The position numbers were made by a program, and so were the translations under genes. From Candidatus Sericytochromatia bacterium (GTDB taxonomy: Bacteria > Cyanobacteriota > Sericytochromatia > S15B-MN24 > JAQBPE01), in assembly GCA_035285325.1 (NCBI GenBank), contig JAYKJB010000120.1, forward strand, positions 16,429-80,428: a DNA stretch of 64,000 nucleotides, given 5' to 3'. Numbering within the stretch: the first letter of the stretch is position 1; the number at the start of each line of letters is the position of its first letter. Positions 45,394 through 54,467 of this stretch are shown in pieces. The notes under the pieces are model-generated. The model was not told the origin of the DNA. It searched no databases and saw only the letters and a program-made list of their open reading frames with translations.

Positions 45394-46995
45394 TCAGCAG
45401 GCTGGCGAGACGGGCACGGTCTCCTCGGTGTCATCCGCCACGTGACTGCAATTACGTCCCGACGCCTTGGAGCGGTAGAGGGCCCGATCGGCCGCTTCCA
45501 GCAAGGCCGTGGCCGTGCGGGCGTGGCGCGGCCAGGTCGCCACGCCGACGCTCACCGTCACGTGCAAGGCCTCCCCGCCGGGGCCTGACACGCGACACCC
45601 TGCGATCGCCTCCCGGACCCGCTCGGCCATGGCCAGGGCTCCCGACATGTCGGTTTCCGGCATGAGGACCAGCAACTCTTCCCCCCCGTAGCGCCCCGGA
45701 ACGTCCACATCCCGCACGCTGGCGCGGATCGTGCGGGCCACCGCCTTCAAGACCTCGTCCCCCGTCTGGTGGCCATAGGTGTCGTTGAAGCGCTTGAAAT
45801 GGTCGATGTCCATGATCAGCACCGACAGGGGGGTCCCGTAGCGCTCGGCACGCCGGAGTTCCTCGGCGAGGCGATGTTCGAAGTGGCGCCGGATGTAGAG
45901 GCGGGTCAGGCCGTCGGTGGTGGCCAGCTCGTACAGGCGTGCGTTCTCGATCGCGGTGGCCGCCAGGCTCGCCAGATTGGCCAGCAGCGGCACATCGTCC
46001 TCCGGGTCGAACGGCGAGACGGCGTGACGGGATTCCTTGTCGAAGACCGCAATCACCCCGACCTGGCGTTCCTGATAGGCGATCGCCGAAACCAGCCCCA
46101 CGCGCGCGCCCAGTTCCGCGGGCAGCCCCTCCGACGAGAGGGTACAGGGGCCCGTGGCGCCCAGCACGGGAGCCAGCCAGGCGGCGCCGACCGGCCAGAC
46201 GAAGGGGGTTTCCCGCTCTTCGAAGCCAAATACCGCCGCGGACTCGAGCCACTCTCCCGACTCATCTTTGAGCAGCAGGAAGCCCTTGCGGGCATCCAGC
46301 AACTCCACGGTCCGCAGCATCAGTTCATCCGTGATCCGCAAGCGGTCGAGCGTCGATGTGATGGCCCGGCTGATGTCATACAGCTGTTCGAGCTGCCGCA
46401 CCTTGAACCCGAGCTGCCGGTTGGCCCGCGTCAGGCTGGTGGTGAGCTGATGGTTGTGCAAGGCCACAGCCAGCTGGCGTCCGATCAGAATCAGCAGGTC
46501 CGCTTCGGTGCGCCCCAGCGGACGCTGATCAGGGGTATCCCCCACCATCAGCAGACCAAGGAAATGGCGATTGACCGCCAGCGGCAGCCAGACCGTCGCC
46601 GGTAGCAACGCCAGGATGGTCTCGTTCGCCGCCCGAAACTCATCCAGCAGGTCGTGGCGACGCGTGTGCGCGATCAGCGTGCCGGCCTCATCCAAAAACC
46701 ACCGACGCACGTCGGGTGAGACCGCCAGCAGGCCGGTCGGCTCGTCGGCCAGCACCACCGGCTCAAGCTGCTGTCGCTCCGGCTGGTACAGCAACAGGCT
46801 GGCCCGGCCAATGCCCAAGGCCCCAGTCGCCATCCGCACGATCGCCTGGATACTCGAGCGCGGATTGGGGTTGGTCGTGAGCTGCTCGGCCATCTCTTCG
46901 AGGGCCGCAAACAGATAAAGCAAGCGTTCCAGCGACTGTCCGCCGGGCGATGCGTCCGGCACGATGCGAGTGGCAGCTCCGTCGCGTTGGTCCAC
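45394..46995 (-). CDS. GAF-GAF-GGDEF diguanylate cyclase
   Basis: DGLT, DIDHFK.FND.YGH..GD, RYGGEEL A-site with RDVD I-site; two GAF-like segments. Confidence 0.93.
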   Translation of the reverse strand: MDQRDGAATRIVPDASPGGQSLERLLYLFAALEEMAEQLTTNPNPRSSIQAIVRMATGALGIGRASLLLYQPERQQLEPVVLADEPTGLLAVSPDVRRWFLDEAGTLIAHTRRHDLLDEFRAANETILALLPATVWLPLAVNRHFLGLLMVGDTPDQRPLGRTEADLLILIGRQLAVALHNHQLTTSLTRANRQLGFKVRQLEQLYDISRAITSTLDRLRITDELMLRTVELLDARKGFLLLKDESGEWLESAAVFGFEERETPFVWPVGAAWLAPVLGATGPCTLSSEGLPAELGARVGLVSAIAYQERQVGVIAVFDKESRHAVSPFDPEDDVPLLANLASLAATAIENARLYELATTDGLTRLYIRRHFEHRLAEELRRAERYGTPLSVLIMDIDHFKRFNDTYGHQTGDEVLKAVARTIRASVRDVDVPGRYGGEELLVLMPETDMSGALAMAERVREAIAGCRVSGPGGEALHVTVSVGVATWPRHARTATALLEAADRALYRSKASGRNCSHVADDTEETVPVSPAC

Positions 46996-47008
46996 CTCTC
47001 AGGCTCCC

Positions 47009-47371
47009 TCAGGCCCTTGCCAGCAACGCCTGGACGGCCTCAGGCTCGGTTTCGAAAACGGCCGCGTACTGGGCCAAGCCCATGATCGTGAAGGTCTTTT
47101 GAATCGTGCGCGTCAGATGACAGAAGGCCAGCGCGCCGTGCGACTCCTGCATCTTCTCGATCACCTCGATCAGAATGGAGATCCCGATGGAGTTGATCAC
47201 GGTGCTCTTTTCCAGGTTGATCACGAGCCGCGTGTACCCCTCGGCCATCAGCAAATTGGCCGCCTCACCGAGGCGTTCACCCCCCACATTGTTGATGTAC
47301 CCCTCGGTGGCGAGCACCGCGTAGCGGCCTTGAGGGTCCTTACGGACAGCGAGGTTGAACGGTCCCGTCAC
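47009..47371 (-). CDS. STAS-domain anti-anti-sigma factor (RsbV/SpoIIAA-like)
   Basis: LVINL....VINSIGISIL (conserved Ser), F.IMGL. Confidence 0.9.
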   Translation of the reverse strand: MTGPFNLAVRKDPQGRYAVLATEGYINNVGGERLGEAANLLMAEGYTRLVINLEKSTVINSIGISILIEVIEKMQESHGALAFCHLTRTIQKTFTIMGLAQYAAVFETEPEAVQALLARA

Positions 47372-47811
47372 GGCTGGCCCTCCTCGATTCGTTTCTTGGT
47401 CATGGTGATCCGCGTGCCCTCGGGTCCGCTCTCGATCGCCACCTCATCCATCAAGGCCTGCATGAGCATCAGCCCCCAGCCGCGCTTGTTCTCGGTTCCT
47501 GACAACTTCTGCTGAAGGTCGGGATGAGGCACGGCATTCGGCTGAAAGCCACGGCCATGGTCCTGGATCACCACGCGGACCTCGTCGGCCTCGAGCACAA
47601 ACCGGATGTAGACGTGACCATCCTGGCTGGTGCTGTGTTCGAACGCGTTGATGCACGCCTCGATCAGGGCGTGTTTGACCTCGTCGATCTGGTCCGACGT
47701 GAAGGCCATGAAACGCAACACCGCCTCGGCCGTGTGCGTGGCCGCCACTTCCATGTCCGGCACGATCGGGATTTTGAGCGAGACTTCCCGCGGGGAGTCC
47801 GGTGGTCGCAA
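47368..47811 (-). CDS. Anti-sigma factor / Ser kinase (RsbW-like)
   Basis: L.EACINAFEH, IQDHG.GF, RGWGL.LM..LMDEV; TTG 47811 after GAGGAGG; 4-nt overlap with the STAS gene. Confidence 0.9.
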   Translation of the reverse strand: MRPPDSPREVSLKIPIVPDMEVAATHTAEAVLRFMAFTSDQIDEVKHALIEACINAFEHSTSQDGHVYIRFVLEADEVRVVIQDHGRGFQPNAVPHPDLQQKLSGTENKRGWGLMLMQALMDEVAIESGPEGTRITMTKKRIEEGQP

Positions 47812-47927
47812 GCGCCGCCTCCTCGACCAAGGGTGCCCGAGCTGCCGGGGAACCCCGGACGGGAAACGGTCGAACAACGGCCTTATACCTGTGTACCGCG
47901 GCGAGCAAACGCCCCGGGAGACCGCCC

Positions 47928-48827
47928 TCACTCGACCTGAACCAGCCGGGTGTAGATCTTGTGCCCGAGCAAGCTCTCCTGGCCGCCGCGGCGCCAAAGT
48001 TTAGGCACCACCAGCACATGCGTGTAGGTGCCGGGCGCGGAGGGCGCCGCCCGGTTCACATTCAGCCCACGCTTGGGGACCAGCGTGAAACGAAGGGAAC
48101 GATACACGTCTTCCGCGCCAGTCTTCGAGATCACGGTGGCCAGCGGCACCAGCGAATAGGCGTATTCCGTGCGCGCCCCGGACATGCTGTCATCCCCGAA
48201 ATACATCCGCAGCTTGTAGGGTTGCTTGGCACTCAGCAGAACCGGCAGACTGGTGAAGCCCATGACCCCGAAGGGCTGGCCGATGTCGATGAAACTGTCG
48301 TTCCAGGCCACCTGGAGCGTATCGGCCCGCCAGCCGTCGGCGGCCCGTCGATACATCGCAGTGACCTCGCCCACCTCGGAATAGGTGGCCGGGAGACCTG
48401 AACCATCGTAATTCGCGGTGGTGCCGGTGAACTCGGCCACGGTGGTGACATTGGCCTCTCCATCGCCCATCTCGGACACCGTGACGGCGCGATAGCGCAT
48501 GCGGAGGTCTCCGAAGGAACGCTTCAATTCGCGATTGATTTCCACCAGACGGGCCCGCTCGACCTGGATTCCGTTGTAGGTGACCTGCGGGGACAGGTCG
48601 TGCAAGTAACCATCGAAATCACCGCGATTGAAAGCCTTGAGGCTGAGCTCCAGGTGACTACGCAAGGCCTGTTCCGCCCCCGACGGGCCGACCTCCGCGG
48701 GCGTGGCCACCGACTGCGCTTCCGCGGAAAATCCCCAGGCCCTCGCCTCGAGGCGTCCACCCAGAGCCAGCGCGAGGCTGAGGCCCGTGGCCAGCACGGC
48801 CGAACGGAAAAGGATTGCAGGTCTCAT
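47928..48827 (-). CDS. Exported protein with an NTF2/SnoaL-like domain
   Basis: Signal peptide; AFNRGDFDGYLHDLSPQVTY; ATGA overlap with the upstream GH57 gene. Confidence 0.7.
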   Translation of the reverse strand: MRPAILFRSAVLATGLSLALALGGRLEARAWGFSAEAQSVATPAEVGPSGAEQALRSHLELSLKAFNRGDFDGYLHDLSPQVTYNGIQVERARLVEINRELKRSFGDLRMRYRAVTVSEMGDGEANVTTVAEFTGTTANYDGSGLPATYSEVGEVTAMYRRAADGWRADTLQVAWNDSFIDIGQPFGVMGFTSLPVLLSAKQPYKLRMYFGDDSMSGARTEYAYSLVPLATVISKTGAEDVYRSLRFTLVPKRGLNVNRAAPSAPGTYTHVLVVPKLWRRGGQESLLGHKIYTRLVQVE

Positions 48828-51043
48828 GGGCTGGCCACCTGTTGTTTGATATCCATCACCAAGCGGCACCGCCACTGCCCATTTTCACTGAGGGACAGAC
48901 GCCAGTTCGGGAACAGAACGGAGGACTGATAGACACGCTCGAAACCCCATTCGCTGCGTGAGACGGTCTCGACCGGAAAGCGCCAGAGCGAACCGGCCCT
49001 GTTCCAGGCGAGATGGGTATCCACGCCCAGGGATTCATCGCGCAGACCGATCTCGGAGATGTGCTCTTCCTCGCACAGGGCCGCCGGGTGGGACGATTCC
49101 AGATGCCGACCTGTCGCGCTGTAGTAGCCGTGCCCTTGGCCCGCCCCGGCCCGCATGTTGAGGTTGAATTCCACGCCGAACCAGAGTTCGACGGGCCGCT
49201 CCCACAGGTTGGTGACCTCGTAGTCGACCGTGAAGCCATCGCCGTCGCGCGGAATCTGAATCGACTTGGCCACCCGCACCGGCCAGAATTCGGAACCGAC
49301 CCAGACATGACCGTCGCGTACCAGGTCCAACACCACGGCGTCGGGCAGTTCGCGGGTGTGCAGGTGGTATGGCTGGTTGATGAAGTCGCCCTGCTCGCCG
49401 TAAGACACGTTGTAAAAGGTCTCGAGTTGCGTGTCCGGGTGCACGAAATGGTCCAGCAGCGACATGCGTCGGTACCAGTCGTAATGCAAGAAACGTTCCA
49501 GGCCACTTTCCTTGACCACCGCCCGCTCTCCAAGAGCGGCCAAGGGCAAGCGCTCCACGTCCCGGGCCGGCACCGCCCCCGCGATCTTGGGATGGTAGGA
49601 CTCCGGGCGACGCGCCAAAGTGTCGAGCAAGTTCAGCCGGGCCGACTTGAGGTCGTGCTCGAACAGGCCGCCGCCATAGGCGGGAGAGAAATACAGATTC
49701 TGATGTCGGGTCGAGACCAGGGCCTCGGTGGCCCCATCGCAATCAAAGTCGACGATTTCCAGCTCACAGAAGGGCCCCGGCCCACGCACCAGCCTGTCAC
49801 AGAGGGCCTCGGCCTCGATCAAGGCGGCGTAGTTGGCCCCGCGCAGGTGATTCAGGTAGATGCCACCGAACACGCCGTGCCAGTAAGCATCATGGCTCTG
49901 GCCCCGCCAGAGGGCTTCCTGGGCTCGGGCCAGCAGATCGTCGGTCGGGTCGGCCAGCGTGGAACCACCGGCGTCGGAGGCGTTGGCCACCACCCGGTCA
50001 GGCTCCCCCACCCGGCGCAAGGCTTGCACCCGGGCCGCCACGCGAAGCATTTTCTTGTGCATGTTGTTCGACTCGGGATAGCGCACCAGGAAATGGCGCC
50101 AGTACCCCCCCTGCAGAAACTCCGCATACCGGCTCGGCACCTGGCTTCGGGCTTCTTCAAAAAGTGCCGCCTGTTCCGGGGGCAGCGACCAGGTCTGCAT
50201 TTCGGCGAAGGAGCCGACCGGCAGGTAGACGCGCCCCCACGGCCGAAATCGCTCACGATAGTCACTCAGTGTGACGCAAGCGACCCAATCGCGATGGGTC
50301 TCGAGCAACTGGAAGAAACGTTCCAGCCACCCCTGCACATAGACGGCCTCATAAGTCCCGGGCCAACCGCCCATCTTGGCGCCGTCGTCCACATGCACCA
50401 GGATTCGCGAGCCGTCAGCCGTCGCGTGCTGGCGCAGGTGCTCGATCACGCGCTCAGGCGACTCGAAGGGAATCAGCGCGCGCAGTTCGCGGGAGTTGGG
50501 GAACAGCGCCAGGCTCTCGCCCAGTTCCTCGGTCTGGTAGTAGCCGAGCAGGTCCTCATCGCGCAGACCGACCATGCGGAACGGCTGGTCATCCAGCACA
50601 CTGTAACGTAAACCCGCCTGGACGATCGGCTTGACCAGATGAGGCTCCCACACGCGACCCGCCAGGGCCATCCCCACCGGGTCGAAGCCCACCATCCCTC
50701 GCACCGCATCCGATAGGCGTCGCATCTGACCGAGCTGGTCGTCGGGCGGGATCATGGCCATCATCGGCTCATAAAAGGCCCCCCCGAGCAATTCCACCTG
50801 CCCACGCCCGACCATGACCTTGAGCCGCTGCACGAACTCGGGGTGGTGGGTCGTCAACCAGTTCAGCAGGTGCCCGTCATAATGCAGGGTGAAGCGAATG
50901 GCCTCGTGACGTTCCAGAACGTCCAGAAACGGCAAATAGGAATGCTGGTAGGCATCCTCTACCACATAATCCCAGTTGCCGACGGGCTGGTGGTTGTAGA
51001 GGCCCAGGGCGAGATGAATCTTGGTCTGGTCAGCGAGCAGCAT
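48824..51043 (-). CDS. GH57 4-alpha-glucanotransferase/AmyA homolog (DUF1925/DUF1926), catalytic nucleophile missing
   Basis: NHQP, GGAFYEP, DDG.K.G.WPGTY, WRGQSHDAYWHGVFGGIYL.HLR, C-terminal ETVS.SE.GFE..YQ. CSR3 reads GMALAGRVW instead of G.WL.ERVW. Confidence 0.92.
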   Translation of the reverse strand: MLLADQTKIHLALGLYNHQPVGNWDYVVEDAYQHSYLPFLDVLERHEAIRFTLHYDGHLLNWLTTHHPEFVQRLKVMVGRGQVELLGGAFYEPMMAMIPPDDQLGQMRRLSDAVRGMVGFDPVGMALAGRVWEPHLVKPIVQAGLRYSVLDDQPFRMVGLRDEDLLGYYQTEELGESLALFPNSRELRALIPFESPERVIEHLRQHATADGSRILVHVDDGAKMGGWPGTYEAVYVQGWLERFFQLLETHRDWVACVTLSDYRERFRPWGRVYLPVGSFAEMQTWSLPPEQAALFEEARSQVPSRYAEFLQGGYWRHFLVRYPESNNMHKKMLRVAARVQALRRVGEPDRVVANASDAGGSTLADPTDDLLARAQEALWRGQSHDAYWHGVFGGIYLNHLRGANYAALIEAEALCDRLVRGPGPFCELEIVDFDCDGATEALVSTRHQNLYFSPAYGGGLFEHDLKSARLNLLDTLARRPESYHPKIAGAVPARDVERLPLAALGERAVVKESGLERFLHYDWYRRMSLLDHFVHPDTQLETFYNVSYGEQGDFINQPYHLHTRELPDAVVLDLVRDGHVWVGSEFWPVRVAKSIQIPRDGDGFTVDYEVTNLWERPVELWFGVEFNLNMRAGAGQGHGYYSATGRHLESSHPAALCEEEHISEIGLRDESLGVDTHLAWNRAGSLWRFPVETVSRSEWGFERVYQSSVLFPNWRLSLSENGQWRCRLVMDIKQQVASP

Positions 51044-51113
51044 GGCACACTTGAAAGCAAGGGCTCATCCGGAGAGCCGTGGCGTTCAGTGTAGCGGATG
51101 ACCAGACCGAACG

Positions 51114-53162
51114 CTATCGGGTGAGACCGACGCGCTCCTGGCGCGACGCAAACAGGCGGTAATCGATGTCAGGGAACAGGTTGTCGATGTCCTCGCAGGC
51201 GGACACCAGCCCGTCCGTGACCTGATCCGCCATGAGGGCGTCCGCCAGCGCATCGAAGCGGGCCACGTGCTCGTTGAAGCGGTCGATGGCGTAGGTTCGA
51301 GCCTGACCGGTGGTCACGAGGAAGGGCCAATCACTGCCCTCCAGCAACAGCACCTCGCGGGCCGCCTGAGCGAGGGCCCGGGCATGAAAGGGGGAAGGGG
51401 GAACGGGATAGGTCCGCACGAGTTCCTCCATGCGCCGCTCACAGCGATGGATGATCGGCCACATCCACTCCACCTGGGGATTCATCCACACGTGATAGTG
51501 GCCCCCTGCCCCCCAGGTGCTCTCAGGCAACTGGAACGCGTGCGCGGGCGGGTTGCTCCGGTGCAGTTCACCCACGGTGATGGGGCGAATGCCGGGATGG
51601 AGGGCCATTTTACGCAACACGGCCTTGATCCAGTCGATGCCCTCGAACCACCAGTGACCGAACAGCTCAGTATCGAACGGCACCACCACGTGGCCCACCT
51701 CCCCGTTGGCGTCGTGATAGCCCTTGAGCATGTCGTGAATCAGGCCGACGTAATGGTCACTGTGTTCCGCCACCCGTTCAGCGGCGTGCTGAGGATCGTA
51801 GAAGGCCTTGTCCGCCAGATCGCAGCGCGCCCCCGTGATCCGCCAGTAACACATGCCACTGTTGCCGTCGCGCTTGTGAAACTCCCGGTAGCCCGGGTCC
51901 CCCGGGTAGCCCATATCGGCCGACCAGACCTGCCAGCCGGCCCGTTCATTGCGAGCATAGAAGGCCACCGGATGGTCAGGGAGCCAGTAGCCGTGGAACG
52001 TGTCCAGACCTGAGAGCGGGCGCTCGGGCATCTCCAGATATTCGATATTGCCGTAAAGGCCGATGTGGCGGCGATAACCGCTGGTTTTTCCGCCCACCAC
52101 CGCGTGGGCGTCGGTGAAGAAATAGGCCAGCCCGTGTTCAGCCAGGAATTGCTCGACGGGGGGACGGTAATCGCGCTCATCCTCATAGCCGGGACGGTAC
52201 GCGCATTCGGGCAGCCAGACGCCCAGTGGCGCCGCTCCGAAGTGGCGCTGATGGGTCTGCACCGCGGTGGCGAATTGCGCGTGCAGCGTGGAGTCACGGC
52301 TGAAGAGCGGACTGAAGCCGTGGGTGGCCGCGCAGGTGATCAGCTCGATTGCCCCGGCTTCCTGAAGGCGGCGGAAGGCGCCGAGGAGGTCCCCGTGATA
52401 GCGCTCGCGGAAGTCGCTCAGCCGTTCCCGGTACCAGTCCAGGTACCACTGCGACAGCTCGCGGCGTGGGTCGGCTTCCGCCGGCAGGTCGAGCGGTTCT
52501 TCCGGAATGTCTGCCAGAGTGGGTTCCAGACTCGCCTTCAGGGCCGCGGGAAGGGGCTCCGCCGTCTCCCGGGCGCCGGCCCGGGCCGCCGCCTCAGCGC
52601 CGGCCTGCTCGGCAGTCGCGACCAGGCGAACCAGCTTCGCCGGGCGCTCGAAAGTGAGGTGCTGCAGGGTGGCCAGCGGCAAACCGGCCACCAGGGTGCG
52701 CGCAAAGCGACGGGACTTCAGGCTGCGGAGAAGGGGCCCATGGTCGGCCGTGCCGGTCGCGTCGGCGATCGCCGCCTCCTGCTCGGCCAGCCAGGCCAGG
52801 CGCGCCTGCTCCAGCTTCTGGGCCCGACGCTCGCCCGCCCGCCAACGGGCCGACTCGAGCTCGCCCTCAGGGGAGTACCGCTGCACATCCCGCTCGATGC
52901 GGACCAGAATGTCCTCGACGTAGCGCTCGAAGCCTTGCTTGAGGTGCGCGTCCGCCAATTGCTCCGCCAGCACCGGCGTGATGCCGATCGTCAACTTCGG
53001 TGCGATGCCCTCGGCCAGCAGTTCATCCACGGCACGAAGCAGCGGCAGATAGGTCTCGGCCATGGCCTCGTAGAGGTTTTCCTCGCCGAACGGCCACATG
53101 CCGGCCTTGCGATAGTACGGCAGGTGACTGTGGAGAACCAGACTGAAGGTGCCGACGGCCAT
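51114..53162 (-). CDS. GH57 1,4-alpha-glucan branching enzyme (DUF1957) with a large insertion
   Basis: HSHLPY, ATHG, WLPECAY (Glu), PFDTELFGHWWFEG (Asp), STWG, RE.LLLEGSDWPFL. Confidence 0.95.
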   Translation of the reverse strand: MAVGTFSLVLHSHLPYYRKAGMWPFGEENLYEAMAETYLPLLRAVDELLAEGIAPKLTIGITPVLAEQLADAHLKQGFERYVEDILVRIERDVQRYSPEGELESARWRAGERRAQKLEQARLAWLAEQEAAIADATGTADHGPLLRSLKSRRFARTLVAGLPLATLQHLTFERPAKLVRLVATAEQAGAEAAARAGARETAEPLPAALKASLEPTLADIPEEPLDLPAEADPRRELSQWYLDWYRERLSDFRERYHGDLLGAFRRLQEAGAIELITCAATHGFSPLFSRDSTLHAQFATAVQTHQRHFGAAPLGVWLPECAYRPGYEDERDYRPPVEQFLAEHGLAYFFTDAHAVVGGKTSGYRRHIGLYGNIEYLEMPERPLSGLDTFHGYWLPDHPVAFYARNERAGWQVWSADMGYPGDPGYREFHKRDGNSGMCYWRITGARCDLADKAFYDPQHAAERVAEHSDHYVGLIHDMLKGYHDANGEVGHVVVPFDTELFGHWWFEGIDWIKAVLRKMALHPGIRPITVGELHRSNPPAHAFQLPESTWGAGGHYHVWMNPQVEWMWPIIHRCERRMEELVRTYPVPPSPFHARALAQAAREVLLLEGSDWPFLVTTGQARTYAIDRFNEHVARFDALADALMADQVTDGLVSACEDIDNLFPDIDYRLFASRQERVGLTR

Positions 53163-53174
53163 GAGAGCGTTTCC

Positions 53175-53204
53175 CTCAACTCAAATACTACCTAAAGTTA
53201 GCAT
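53175..53204 (+). promoter_or_regulatory. 11-bp-periodic repeats / promoter region upstream of the branching enzyme
   Basis: CTCAACTC-AAA-TACTACCT-AAA-GTTAGCAT; also contains a minus-strand -10-like TAGTAT. Confidence 0.35.
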
Positions 53205-53213
53205 ATCATTCAC

Positions 53214-54461
53214 TCAAGCACCATCCCTCAAGCAAGCATTGATGCGCCTTCGCAGCAGGTCCAGGGCCGCTTGAGAGGCTCGCTGCTTGATCGTCGCCCT
53301 CGGAAAAGCGCCAAAACGGCAGCACTCCGCGCTCACGCCGTCCGGACCGGCCACCGCGATCCAGACCAGACCCACCTGTTCGGCTGGCAGGTCCGGCGCC
53401 GGCCCGGCCCAGCCGGTGGTGGCCACGCCCCAGTCGGCGCTCATGGCAGAACGGGCTCCCGTGGCCATGCCCTCGGCCACCGCCTGACTGACCACGCCGT
53501 GTTCGGCGATCACGGCATCAGGAACCGACAAGTAGCTGGTCTTGAGGTCCGTGGCGTAGCTGACGAGACCGCCCCGCAGCCAGCGACTGCTGCCGGGGAC
53601 GTCGGTGAGTCGACTGGCCACCAGCCCCCCGGTGCACGATTCGGCCGTGGCCAGGGTCTGAGCGGCGCGCAAGAGGGCCTCGCCCACGACCACCGGCAAG
53701 GTCTGGTCGTCCTCTCCGTAGTAGTAGGGGGCGATCGCCCGCAGGCGCTCCAGCACAGGCGCCAGCGCCGCCTGCGCCTCCGCCAGGGTACCGGCCCGGG
53801 CGGTCGCCCGCAGGTGGACCTCACCCTCGCCGGCATAGGGGGCGACCGAGGGGTTCTCGCCTTCCAGCAGATCCGCCAGGCCCTCGGCCAGGACGGACTC
53901 CCCGATGCCCACGTATCGCAGCAGCACCGAATGGATCACCCCTTGGCCCCGCGCGGCGATCGCCGGTCGTGCCCACGCGCCCCACATGGCGTGCAGTTCC
54001 TGAGGCACGCCGGGATAGGTCATGACCCAGGCTGCCCCGAGGCGAACCGAAGCCCCCCAAGCCGTCCCCACCGGATTCGGGATCAGGTCGGCCGAGGGAG
54101 GAAACAGCGCCATTTTCAGGTTGGTAGGCGAGATCGGCCGGCGACGCTGGGCGAAGTAGGCCTCGATGTGTTGCTTGACCTCCGGCCGTTCCTCGAGCGG
54201 CTCCCCGAGCAGGTCGGCCAGCGTCGCCATGGTGATGTCATCCGCCGTCGGGCCCAGCCCGCCGGTCGTGATCACCAGGTCAGCCCGCGCAGCGGCATCC
54301 GCCAGGGCCTGCCGCATGCGCCCCGGATTGTCTCCCACCGTCGTGACCCACAGCAGGGAGACCCCCATGGCCGCCAATTCCTGGCCCAGCCAGGTGGCGT
54401 TGGTATTGATGACCTGGCCGATCAGCAGCTCGGTGCCAATGCAGACCAACTCGGCACGCAT
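53214..54461 (-). CDS. cinA: Competence/damage-inducible protein A (MCF domain + NMN deamidase PncC)
   Basis: GTELL.GQVINTN, TGGLGPT.DD.T, AESCTGG, GVVS..VA..MA.GA. Confidence 0.96.
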   Translation of the reverse strand: MRAELVCIGTELLIGQVINTNATWLGQELAAMGVSLLWVTTVGDNPGRMRQALADAAARADLVITTGGLGPTADDITMATLADLLGEPLEERPEVKQHIEAYFAQRRRPISPTNLKMALFPPSADLIPNPVGTAWGASVRLGAAWVMTYPGVPQELHAMWGAWARPAIAARGQGVIHSVLLRYVGIGESVLAEGLADLLEGENPSVAPYAGEGEVHLRATARAGTLAEAQAALAPVLERLRAIAPYYYGEDDQTLPVVVGEALLRAAQTLATAESCTGGLVASRLTDVPGSSRWLRGGLVSYATDLKTSYLSVPDAVIAEHGVVSQAVAEGMATGARSAMSADWGVATTGWAGPAPDLPAEQVGLVWIAVAGPDGVSAECCRFGAFPRATIKQRASQAALDLLRRRINACLRDGA

Positions 54462-54467
54462 GGGCGC

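Noticed and set aside
42786-45665. 959-aa plus-strand ORF, and similar long antisense ORFs (1104-2504, 3021-4166, 20842-22503, 25580-27358, 34286-35977, 49013-50611, 53271-54833, 58819-60711)
   Set aside because: Each lies antisense to a well-supported gene and has no family motifs; such shadow frames are expected in GC-rich DNA.
52473-52871. Intein as the explanation of the branching-enzyme insertion
   Set aside because: No Cys/Ser start, His-Asn end or homing endonuclease motifs.
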